A DNA stretch of 39,488 nucleotides, taken from positions 35,622,066 to 35,661,553 of the forward strand of contig NC_057720.1 in assembly GCF_004010195.1 (NCBI RefSeq). The letters are read 5' to 3'. The stretch comes from Chiloscyllium plagiosum. Taxonomy: Eukaryota. The notes beneath the pieces are model-generated. The model searched no databases and was not told the DNA's origin. It worked only from the letters and a program-made list of their open reading frames with translations. Positions 24,669 through 36,400 of the stretch are shown piece by piece (position 1 is the first letter of the stretch; every line of letters starts with the position of its first letter). A program made the position numbers and the translations under genes.

Positions 24669-27270
24669 CTGATGCAGGCCTTATCAGCAATGCCCACATC
24701 CTATCAATGAATTTTAAGAAGTTGAGCATCTTTATCATTCCTGACTGACATTAAAGCTGTTTTTGTTGTTGTTATTCAATCATGAGATTTTGCTCTTCAG
24801 TTGCTATTCTGTCTCCTGAATATGGCAGAATTCATATTGAGTGTGCTTATCCAGCACTGCTTTCTAACACTTGACTGCACAGTGAGGCCAGGTAAACTTT
24901 GCCTCTTCTGGCTGACAGATTGCAGATATGATAATGGATTTTGGTGATCCTTCTAAAGTGGCCTCAAAATCCAACGGAATTTGTGTACCAGAGTCATTCT
25001 CAAAATTTTCCATTATGTGTTTTGATGCACTTTGCTGCTGAATGAAGTATTTTATAAGGCAGTCTACAGAGTTGAGAAAAGAAACCTGAACAGAGTGCTG
25101 TGGTTGGTAGTTTACCACAATTTCTTAATTCATTTGCATCTGATCTAATGAAATGTTAGTATTTAAGTTTTTAAGTCTGAAATAAAGGTGGATGATGTGA
25201 AGATGGAAGAATGTAGACTTAGAAAGTAAATTGTACAGCACCTTTATTTAGGTGGTAACATGCACTGTAGGGTCCAGTATAACATTCCATGTTGGTAGAA
25301 TGCTATGTGAAGAGTTAAGGGTATATGTTTCTTTTTGATGTGAAATAGCCAAATGGCTATAACTGACCACAAAAGGGTTATGTTTGAAAATTATTTTACC
25401 TTTTAAATGTACTTTAATCCAGGAGGTATTCCCGAAGTCACATTGTAATTGTGATACATGCTGGTCACCTATTCTGTCCCCTCTGATCTTCCATCACCCA
25501 ATGCACAAACCTTTCCAGACTCTCAGTGGACTCTCTGTGCAGATATTTCTGCTAAATGGCTTTCCTCCTTTTCAAGGACATTGTACTGCTTCCCAACAGG
25601 CGTTTTTGTAAGTGTCCTTATCTCAATAATTTGGTGGGTCCTGTTGCATATCAACTTAGACATGAAGCTTGCTACCACTGCTGGGTTCATATTTGAAATC
25701 TGGTTCAAGTCAGTTTCTAGGCCATAACATCTGGTGACTTGCCATTAATTTTATGGTAGTAGATTCTACCTATTTGAGGTGAAGCCTTCATGCATCATTC
25801 AGAATTACTGAGAATTTGGGCGTCAATACCTATCCAAAAGCAAATTCATGAACAGATGCAAGTGCACATGTATGTGCCATCTGATAAACAGGAAGCTTCA
25901 AATGCAAAACCACATAGTTTTCAAACTTGAAAAAAATATGTTTATCGTAGAATTACATGTATCAGATTAGGGAAGCAGAATGGAAATCGCTACATCAAGA
26001 AATTTGTTGATATTGCAATAATATCTTCTTGTCACCAGCTGGTCCTGTGTATCAGTGCATCTCAGCAGTAATATTTTGTTGGCAAGCCAAGAATTCCTGA
26101 CAACACAGAAGCTTTAAATGGCTACTCATGTTGCTGCATGGTGTAATCCAAATGAATTTTGCTCTGTCAATAGTCTGGAGGTTAACTTCCAGCAACCCTG
26201 ACATCTAATCCTGTAAAGTGAATGATACCAAGGAAATTCCGAAACAAGCACAATTGCCATAGGGTAAAAAATAGAATTTCAGGCTGTGTGCAGGCAGGTT
26301 CCAACTTTCTCACTGACCAGAATGCTTAAGACGATACACTTTTGCAAGCTTTTCCCTTTGGCAAGAGAAGCTGTGACAGCTGAAATGCTGAAGGAATAAA
26401 GTTTAATGTTGTGTGGAAGGGTTTTTCTTTGGTGGTAATGCACAAAAGGTAATTGAGAGTGGCTATTCTGGTGTAATGTACAGCTCGGGGCTGCAGGGGT
26501 TGTGTCTCCACAAAGGGTCTCCATTGTACTCCGTTTGCAGTTGCTCAGGTTACTGGCTGCATTGTTCCTGCAATTTGTTCAAACAGTGTCTTAAAGGAAT
26601 CTGATAGACCGAGTCATGACACCACACTTAGGAAAGCTGTCAGCTGCCAGAAAAGAGTGATGATTTACTGGCAATGAGGAGGACCATTCATAGTACAGCC
26701 TCACTCTGATTGCAGCATTGTGACTGGGAAACAAAACCAGGAAAAAGAGAGTTTTAGAAAAAGAGAAAGAAAATGAATGACTGAATGAATGACAGGGAGA
26801 ACCAGAGAAATGCAAAAAGGTGAGAATGTGAAGGAAGTATTCTGTGGAACTTTGATCAGCAGAGAAATGGAAATCTATTCAATATCTTGTTCTAAGAGGG
26901 ATTTTCGTCAGCACTATAGGATCCTTCAAGTGGCTGTATAAGAGCAAAATACAGAAGAAAAGAAGAAGATAAGATGGTCTTCAAAAATATTCAACCTTTT
27001 ATTCTTTTGTGTTAAAGTCTAAGGGTCTTGTGAGAAGTTAGAATTGCAAAGTGATGTAACCAAGCACTTCAAAACTGGGGTAATCAAATAATTGGCAATT
27101 GTTTCCAAATCATCAACCTTTTATTGCAGGTGACTATAAGATTTCAATTCAATCGAGTACATATTTGAAACACATATTACATCAGATCAATACAAGATGA
27201 ATTCACATTTTAATAATATCACAAATGTAAGATATGAACTATATCCCCACAGGTCCCATGCTAAAACTGT

Positions 27271-27444
27271 GTAAGAAATTGCTGGAGAAACTCAGCGGTC
27301 TGACAGCATCAGTGGAGAGAAAAACAAAGTTAACATTGAGTGAAGTGGATATGCACCCTACAGATGTTGCCAGACCTGCTGAGTTTCTCCAGCAATTTCT
27401 GATTTTGTTTCAGATCCCTAACATCTGCAGTTCTTTGTGTTTTT
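27271..27444. mobile_element. Old palindromic pLTR insert (family C/D-like)
   Basis: agaaattgctggagaaactcagc(.)ggtctg...cagacctgctgagtttctccagcaatttct inverted arms followed by catctgcagttc tail. Confidence 0.75.
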
Positions 27445-27568
27445 AAAATAAAGCGATAACAGATGGACAGCCTAACAACAGTAATAAGAGGTTGGGTGTG
27501 AATGCTTCACATGTGCGTAAGGTGTGATCAGCAATTGTCACCCTAAAATAGTTATCTAATTATCACAG

Positions 27569-27885
27569 TTAAAAATCCCACAACACCAGGTTATAGTCCA
27601 ACATGTTTAATTGGAAGCACACTAGCTTTCGGAGCGCTGCTCCTTCATTAGGTGGTTGTGGTGGACATAATTGTAAGGTGTAGAATTTATAGCAAAAATT
27701 TACATTGTGATGTAGCTGATTTTTTGCTATAAATTCTGTGCCTTACAATTGTATCCTCCACAACCACCTGATGAAGGAGCAGCGCTCTGAAAGCTAGTGT
27801 GCTTCCAATTAAACCTGTTGGACTATAACCTGGTGTGTGATTTTTAACTTTGTACACCCCAGTCCAACAGCGGCATCTCCAAATC
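27569..27885. mobile_element. Palindromic hammerhead-bearing insert (family B)
   Basis: Inverted arms of about 130 bp around an atgtagctga centre; TSD ct(a/g)attatcacag at 27556-27568 and 27886-27898. Confidence 0.9.
27765..27799 (+). ncRNA. Minimal hammerhead ribozyme motif (family B)
   Basis: cac-ctgatga (27768-27774)-a-ggagc-agc-gctct-gaaa (27789-27792)-gcta-gtg: stem I cac/gtg, AGCU palindromic mini helix III, CUA triplet. Confidence 0.7.
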
Positions 27886-30800
27886 CTGATTATCACAGAT
27901 TGTACCACACTTTACTGACTGGATAAAAATTGCAACATTTCAGTATTTATGAATCATTCAAGTCCAGAGGAGTAATGGAAAAGGCTTAAAATTCTTGGCC
28001 CAACATCATTTGTGGAAAAAATGTAAAGGACTTTGAAGAAAACAAAAGAAGATGTATAGGTACATAGCTAACAGAAAAAAATATAATATTGATTAGTTTT
28101 TTTGCAGGGAGCTGTCTTTTTGAATCACATGCATTCTAACAAACTGAAAAGAGAATGTTTCATAGGGTTTTATGCATTATGATTTTGATCTTTTCAATGA
28201 ATTTTCATATCACCATGTGCTATATTGAACTTCATGAATGGAAACAAAAAATACAGATCAAACACTGCACTTCATGAAATACTCTGTGCATAAAGCTGAT
28301 GTTGTGCATCTCACCAAAACATGAAAAATTATTTAATGTGTTGTAACAGATACGTTAATCTAGGAACCTGAAGGATGACTTCCTCTGTTGCTACTCATTT
28401 AATGGAATCATTAGCTTACTTCAAATGTACAGAGTAATAATTTAGCAACACGTTGCTCCCAGACAAAATCAGTTTCTCAAAAAGAATTGGAATATGATTT
28501 TTATTTTTACTGTTTTAGAACTGCAAACTGTTGTAAATAAATGAAATACAACAGTCAGCAGTATGATAGGTTGCCACAAATGAGATGACCAAATAATTCG
28601 CGAGCAACAATGGATTACAGTTAGTCTCACAAATTAGGATATTTATCATATCACACCAACACATTCTATTTATAACACTTTCTGTACATTTTCAGTTGGG
28701 AAATAGAAATTCATTTTAATGAATGTTTGGCCATTTTGATTAAACCAAAAAAATTGTCCGGTGATCTCATTTTGTCAGTGAAATCTGAGTGTTATAGATT
28801 GCTGTAAACTGTAAATCCCATTATCAACAAAGAGAGATGCAGAGAGGAACCAAAAAGGACAGGACAAATGACTGATACACTTGCACTCACAGAGAGTGAA
28901 AGAGAAGTAATCCGAGAAGGAGGCAAAAGAATACGAAAATCAACGAGAAAGACTTGGATAGGGCACTTTGTGTGTGAAATGCAGCAAACAATAGGAAAAT
29001 AACCTTTTGATGGGAATAGAAAATTTTTTTTTAAAACATAGATAAGTACTTAAATTCATAAGGATTGAATTTTCCTGTTTCAGGTATGAAAGCAACAGTA
29101 CAGTCATAATGTGTGCTTGGACTGGGATGACCAATGCCAGCTAGCTACTTGGCCTTGGGCCTCATTAATACAAATCTGGAGACTCACTGCTGCCGCTGCA
29201 TGTAGATTGCCTAATGAATGAATTAATATTTCAGCTTGATTTGTTGGCAGCAGCCTGAAGGTAAGTCCAGGTGAATTCGGATAGCAATTGGGATGTAGTG
29301 ATGACAATGTAGCACTCCTATGCTTCCTGGCTCATTCGCAATGTTTAAATATTTTAAAATATTTTCTCTTTTGTTAATGATAACTAATTAAGGATCCTGA
29401 GTGGAGCAGTATCTCCTGGCTCACTCTGGGATATCCACTGTAACACAGTTAGGTGAAATTTGATGTTGAACTCCTGTTTACATCTGTAAGCTGCCTAATT
29501 TTGCTTTAGACGGATAGTAGCCATGCCTGAAAAATGGCTCAACCTAATATTGGTTTGGGCAACCTTTGGGCATGCTCTTAATATATTGCCCTCAGGTGGT
29601 ACCTTTTACGCTTGTAAAATGGGTGCAATGCTGTCCTTTTCTTTACTACTTTGCTTCAATATGCCTACATGTTAAAACACCGAAGACTCTTAAAATTGTA
29701 AAGAAAGCTGTTTATTTAAAAATCCTGCAACATTTAATGGATGATTAGTTTTTTGAGTGCAGGCAGAAGACAATGAGTCTTCTGTAGCCAGTGATTTTAC
29801 TGTTAATTGGTAGCAAAGCAGCCGAGAAAAATGCTATTAATGTTCAGTAATCACTGGGCCAAGTAATAGTAATCGCTGTTTAGGGGCAATCTTATTACTA
29901 TGTAACTGAGGGCCTGATTACTCTATTAGCCTCTTCTACCCATTCTCCTAAAGCTTGCACAAAAATCAAATTATGACATGAATGACAATGTAAATCATTC
30001 GCCTCTACCATAATGGACATAAAAAATTTGCCAAAGGGTCATGCAAAGTTCACACCAGTTAATGAAAGTGGCACTGAGGTAATAGCTTCAACAGGGGGGT
30101 GCGTTTGGAGCCCAGTGTCTCAGCATCTGTGCTTGTTAAGGCCTCAGCTGTCTAGTCACTTGATTGACTGCATATTCAATATCTACTCATCTTTATGTGT
30201 CATACTGCAGATTCACCAAATAATGTATCTCATAAAAGAAGGTGAATGCTTCTCCAAACCTATGGAAGAGACAGGGGAGAGATTTTAATCAGTGTCACTC
30301 TTTTGACGACAGTGTTTCTCTGAGTTGACTCTTGCAGGGCCATCGTGCATGGTGTATTAAGCAGCAAGGGAAAGGTTTTTTTTCCTTTTCTTCTTCCAAT
30401 TCAGCTTTTCATTTATTTAGTTCCTTTTGCATTTTCATCTTTTGCCTCAGACGGGAAGACTTCCTCAAAGACATAGATGGCTCGAGGCAGCTTGCTGCAT
30501 CCTGTTTTTAACATGACAAATTACCTCAGGGAAAAATTCAACAAGCTTTATTCTTTGCTTCCCCCCACCACCGCACTCAATTCCTACCATAAATTTGATT
30601 TTTGATTTGTTTTCTCTCCTCCTTTGTCAAAGCAAGTTTCTATTACCGTTTCTTATGCTGGGTCAGAACTGAATTACCAAGCAAGGTAAGGTTTACATAT
30701 TACATACAACAAGGCGAAATATCAATAAAGAGATTCTTTAAACAAATGTCACCTGCATGTGAACACAATTTCATCATAGCTCAATTAATATTCCACCGTC

Positions 30801-31354
30801 TGCAGTGAACTTGCAGTCCTTTTGTCATGTTAAAGAGAGAAGATGCACTTTGGTCATGCCTGAAAGAGAATCAGGCTTCCTGCTTCAGATATCAGCAGTT
30901 GGTCACCTTTTACTGTGTCAGAAAATGGTTTTGTACTCATTAAAAACAACACAGAGCTGATTATAAAGGTGGTACTTGATATTGACCTGTTCAGTACTTG
31001 CTCTGATGTTACCCAGGTCCTTTATGTGCCATCCTGGATTCCACAATATGTTTTCATCCTTGTCAAAAGAGAGGTGCAGAATCCAAGCAAACTTTTGGGT
31101 TGTTAAAAATTAAGTTAATCTAATCTGTTTCTAAAATGCATTGAAATACATTTTGCAGATCATTGCTTTATTTTTTTTTAAAATGCAAAGGTTTTAATTA
31201 TTAAACGTTTAATGGCGTGAATTGTACTGAGGTACAGTTTTCATGACCGTTACTTCCCTGATGTAGAAGTTGCAAACAAACATAATTTTTATTTTGGCAA
31301 TTATCTAAAAATAAGATGCTGTCTGATGTAGGTCGGGGAAGACTGGGTGATCTT

Positions 31355-31664
31355 ATTAGATTAGATTACTTTCAGTTAGGAAACAGGCCCTTCAGCCCAA
31401 CAAGTCCACACCGACCCGCCGAAGCACACCCACCCAGACCCATTCCCCTACATTTACCCCTGCACCTAACACTAGGGGCAATTTAGCACAGCCAATTCAT
31501 CTAACCTGCACATTTTTGGACTGTGAGAGGAAACCGGAGCACCTGGAGGAAACACGGGAGAATGTGTAAACTCCACACAGTCAGTCGCCTGAGGCGGGAA
31601 TTGAACCCGGGTCTCTGGCGCTGTGAGGCAGCAGTGCTAACCACCGTGCCACCGTGCCGCCCAC
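31355..31664 (-). mobile_element. HE1-type SINE, young, small internal deletion
   Basis: Highly similar to 8955-9272 from head to (tctaa)n tail. Confidence 0.95.
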
Positions 31665-31758
31665 GGGTGGGTTTGAACTATATTTTTCAACGCCTGTGTT
31701 AATGGACTCACAGGCAGGAATGATATAGTTGAGCCTTGCCTGACATTTTACTGAGTCT

Positions 31759-31809
31759 AGAGTGGTGCTGAAAAAACACAGCAGGTCAGGCAGCATCCGA
31801 GGAGCAGGA
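31759..31809 (-). mobile_element. 51-bp pLTR fragment (family A)
   Basis: agagtggtgctgaaaaaacacagcaggtcaggcagcatccgaggagcagg flanked by acattttactgagtct and acactttactgaatct (14 of 16 identical). Confidence 0.75.
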
Positions 31810-31930
31810 ACACTTTACTGAATCTGACTGGGAAACAAGTTGTTTAAGGAGGTCGAGGGGACATTTTTAAACTGTTTCTTTTTGGCAACTGACTGGGTGG
31901 GGGGAGGGGCATGGCTGAATTTGTACCCCT

Positions 31931-32291
31931 GCTGAAAATGTGTTGCTGGAAAAACACAGCAGGTCAGGCAGCATCCAGGGAGCAGGAGAATCGACGTTTC
32001 GGGCATGAGCCCTTCTTCAGGAATCATTGGCGAAAGTAAGGACTGCAGATGCTGGAGATCAGAGTCAAGATTAGAGTGGTGCTGGAAAAGCACAGCAGGT
32101 CAGGCAGCATCCAAGGAGCAGGAGAATCGACGTTTCGGGCATGAATCATTGGCAAAAGATTCCTGAAGACGGGCTCATGCCCAAAACGTCGATTCTCCTG
32201 CTCCTTGGATGCTGCCTGACCTGCTGCGCTTTTCCAGCAACACATTTTCAGCTCTGATTTCCAGCATCTGCAGTCCTCACTTTCTCCTCGA
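31931..32291. mobile_element. Compound pLTR insert: two tandem minus units plus one inverted plus unit
   Basis: TSD tgaatttgtacccct at 31916-31930 and 32292-32306; intact minus core at 31993-32020; partial second core at 32129-32143; mutated + core at 32163-32190. Confidence 0.88.
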
Positions 32292-32736
32292 TGAATTTGT
32301 ACCCCTCCAAGTCAGTGTCCACTGAAGTCAATGGAAATTAAGACCATAGCTGATAGCACCAGCAACAATTAATTTATTATAATCAGTCCAGCTCATATTT
32401 ATGCATTTGAGAAGCTTAGTGCATTTTCTTATACAGGAGCCCAATCTCTGCAAATGATAGTGTATGATCAAGTTTGGTCCTTTTTTTGAATTACTTGGAA
32501 GCATGCATTGCCTACAGTTCTCCATTTTTTTTTCTCTGTGATAATACCTTAACCAATTAAAGTAACTTGCCAACCAATCAGCATCCTTTTTCTTGTAAAT
32601 TGTTGTGATCATTGACACTTGGAATTGTTATGTTTTGCCTGAAGAATGAAGCACAAAATGCTTCAGCAACAATTTCTCTCTCTTCAGCAATATTCAAAAT
32701 AAAATCAGGTCAGGTCAAAACCAATGATACATCCAG

Positions 32737-32935
32737 AGTCAAGATTAGAGTGGTGCTGGAAAAGTGCAGCAGGTCAGGCAGCATCCGAGGAGCAGGAAAA
32801 TCGACGTTTCAGCAAAAGCCCTTCAACCCGAAACATCGATTTTCGTGTTCCTCTGCTGCTGTCTGACCTGCTGTGCTTTTCCAGCATCACTTTAATCTTG
32901 ATTCTGATCTCCAGCATCTGCAGTCCTTACTTTCG
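32737..32935. mobile_element. Palindromic pLTR insert (family A variant)
   Basis: Inverted arms with both cores truncated; TSD ccaatgata(c/g)atccag at 32721-32736 and 32936-32951. Confidence 0.85.
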
Positions 32936-33179
32936 CCAATGATAGATCCAGTCATGTGGGTTTCCTACTTCGTCATGGGTTAAAACTAACCCTATTTTAC
33001 TCACCTTTGCCTGCAAGAAAGTCTTTTGAAGTCAAATATGTTTAAAAAGTTCAATTTATGTCCAACTTAGAGTATAATTCTCCACAACAGTGATTCTGTG
33101 ATTCTGTTTGTCTAACATAAATGGGTATTTGTTACATTAATTAATTAAAGATGTACGGCATCACAAAACTATTACTGTT

Positions 33180-33490
33180 GTCAGCTTGAGACAGTGATAA
33201 CACTTGTGCCTCAAAGGATCTTATATTCGAACTTCACTCCAAGAATTGAGCCTATAAATGAGACTAAGAATTTCATAAAGTATTCAGTGAGTACTGCATT
33301 GCCAGACTTACCATCTTTTAGATTGCACCATCAATTTCTGGCTTGGCCTTCTTGATCAATTAAGTTTAAAAGATAGCACTCTTTGAAGAAGAACAGGGGA
33401 ATTCTCCCAGTTTAGTTAGTAACATTCAGCCCTTGACCATGTCTTTGGACATTTATATTATTTGCTGTTTGTGGGACCCTGTTGTAATTA
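33180..33490 (+). mobile_element. Ancient Deu-domain SINE (SacSINE1/AmnSINE1-like), decayed
   Basis: gtactgcattgccaga...ccatcttttagat...aaaagatagcactctttgaagaagaacaggggaattctcccag...ttgctgtttgtgggac matches my recollection of the DeuSINE central domain. Confidence 0.65.
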
Positions 33491-36400
33491 ATTGAATATA
33501 GAGCACTATGAACTTCCCCTTAGAACATGAAATATTCTGTATACCAGTACACAATAGCATTCCCAACTTTTGAATCAGTTTGTGGTAAAATATATTTCCA
33601 TATATGGTAATCATGAACATATTAGATATGTTAGTAAAGGAATTATTACTTTCAGAAAAAAGTGTGAAAATAACTTCTAAATGTTTATCTCAGCAAAAGT
33701 TTTAAACTATGCAATAGATTAGGTAAGACAGAAGGCCCTCAATTCTCATAACCATTCAAGACCATCAGTTAACTGGTGTTGCTTGACTTATTTGAGTTTG
33801 TTATTTTATATTGTCACAGCTCATTAAGGAATCCCCAACAGTTTGTTCAAATGTTCATCATTGCTTTGCATGCAGTTAGACAGTGAGCACATGACCTCAG
33901 CACCTCTCCTTGTACACCTCTGACCCCTGGCTGTGTTCTGGAGGCTGCTGTGCTCCGCTTAAGACTTCTGCTACTTTTCAGGTTGTGTACAGCATGATGT
34001 AAATGTTTTTTGATTCTTTGTACCCACCCAGTCTTGCTTTAACATTCCAGTGATGAGGGAAACCAACCAGCTGGACTAACTTTTGACAGCTGGCCACTAG
34101 GAAGTGACAGTTTCATTTAAATCAACTCTCCTAGACCTTGCAAACAGAAGGATAACATTCTGTTTTGGAGATGAACACTGCAGAAGCTGATCAGGTGATT
34201 AGTAATAAAAAATTTAACAGGGATTTGTATGTGCATATTTCTGTCATTTTTATGAGGTCATTTACTCAAGTAGACACTGAAAGCCTCAGTAAATCCTCCT
34301 GGGCTTACAGTATTTTTTTACTCCCAATCTTGTGGGGATATGATAGGCCATATTTTAGCCATACAGTAGCGAGAGCCTCCCCCCACCAATTGTTCTTCTG
34401 CAATGGAGTGTAGACTACCATGTACATTGAAATGGCTAGCCTCAGACTTTAAACTCTCAGTAACAGAACTGGAGTTTGTGGTTACTGTATTTAGTCTTTT
34501 TTTCTCTTCTAAATTGTGCTTCAATGAATGTACTAATTTGGGTACATGCATAAGAGTTTACTCCAAATGCTCATGCTTAGTTTGAATTATAACTTCTCTT
34601 CCAAATGCAAATTGTTCAAGTTATGTGGTTGACATGTGCATGGTTCTTTCCTTTTTAAAGAAGGTGATTGGCTGTCTTTCTTGTTTAAAATCTGATTCCG
34701 GCGTATCAAATTAATGTGACTTCTTTCACATTGTAATTCCTAAGAACTTGGATGTTTTGTGGTTAGCTTTTGTCTTGACTTCATTAGCTATATGGCAATG
34801 AGTATTTAATGTGTGCTATTCCAAATTGCATCTTGTGATATCTCAGCAGTTTAGTTTCAGTCAACTTTGAGTTAGCAAAAAACATAATTGAGAAGATTAC
34901 ATCAAAATCACTTTTAAGATTAGACTTTTGACCTTTTTGTAGAAATGCTGGATACTGATGCTTATCCTTAAATTTTGTTTCCACAATCAGTTGATCTATA
35001 ATGATTTATTGTGCTAGCAAACTGTGGATATTTAATGGGTGTTTCCAGTCATCTCACCAGAGAAAAGAACTCAAACATGGATACAAGTGAGCTTCACTTA
35101 CTGTGATTCCCATTAGGTTACAACTGCTGTGATTGCTACCAGGTTTTGAACATTCTGTTTTCACCAAACACTGCAGATAGTTTCAACATTATTGAGATGT
35201 TTCATCTATCATTGAGTAACCTCATATGCCATCCCCAGGCCTTGGGTTTGAGGCCTTTTTTAAATCAACAAGCATGTTTTCTCTTTCTCTTTCTCACTTG
35301 ATGATCAAGCAGCAGATGATTCTAAACCAAATTGATAATTTTGTCAGTTCACCAGTATTGAATGTGTCTGTAAAGCTCTTTGTCTTCATATAATGATTAA
35401 TTGGTTGCACCAATGTGATTTCTTGAATTTGAATCTATACCATTCTGCCTTGGCTATCTGATTTCTCAAATCTCTGTGTTTTTATTTCAGTCTTTGCTTT
35501 TAATTGCTTCCATGTATAAGTGCTATCTAGGTTAGTACCTTCACTGTCAATCATTGAAAGAATCTTTGCAAGACTTAACCCTTTCTTTGAAATATATGTA
35601 ACTGTCTCTAAATTCGCAACCTTTACTCAATGTTTTCCAACTGGGAACTCTTGCTATTCAAGCAAAGGTACTTTTTTTTGTATCCATCTTGAAGTGCATG
35701 TACATTCTTAGGAACTTTGGTCAGCAACTTTCTTGAGCACTTTTTATAGCATCTAGTACCCTACTTTCTAACAGTGACAATATTTTTAATTTACAAAAAA
35801 AACCTTTGATTCTCGTCCCTGACAACTGGTTTAATCCAGTTGTATGTCTAATTATATATGCTGACCCTTTTGAACTTTAATAACTAGAAACATAATGTTA
35901 ACAGCTGTCAGTCTACTAATAGTCTGTGTGTTATGCAAACATAATTACATCCACTGCCTATGTTTTTAAACTATTAGAGGTGTGAGAATTCTGTATTCGC
36001 TGTCACTATGTTTTTATAGAATACACAAAGCCATCAGTCTATATACATTAGTCTTTCTTAGTGCCAATATAAAATTTATACTGAGATTGGTCAGTGTATT
36101 ACTAATAAAAGCCTTAAGATAAGCTTAACCAAAAAAGCTCAACTCAGTCAAAAAAGCAAAGCATTTGTATCCCATGAATTGTGGGAGAAATGTATTGGTC
36201 ATGGTTTTAGATGTACCTGAAGGAAAGAATCTGATTTCTTTCCTCTGAAGGTGGATTCATGAATTATTACAAATTACAGTTCTGACCTTTATTTCAATAA
36301 CAAATGTGTCTCAGGTTTGGTATTATACATCGTGATCAATGTCTGTTGTCATGTTTAATGACATCTGTTTTATTGTACAGTAACTCTGCTAATAATTATT

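Noticed and set aside
24864..25118. ORF with protein-like stretch MENFENDSGTQIPLDFEATLEGSPK
   Set aside because: No recognisable homology and no convincing splice sites or partner exons.
31759..32951. Recurring short repeats with unique spacers, superficially CRISPR-like
   Set aside because: Eukaryotic context, irregular spacing, mixed orientation, each unit with its own TSD, no cas genes.
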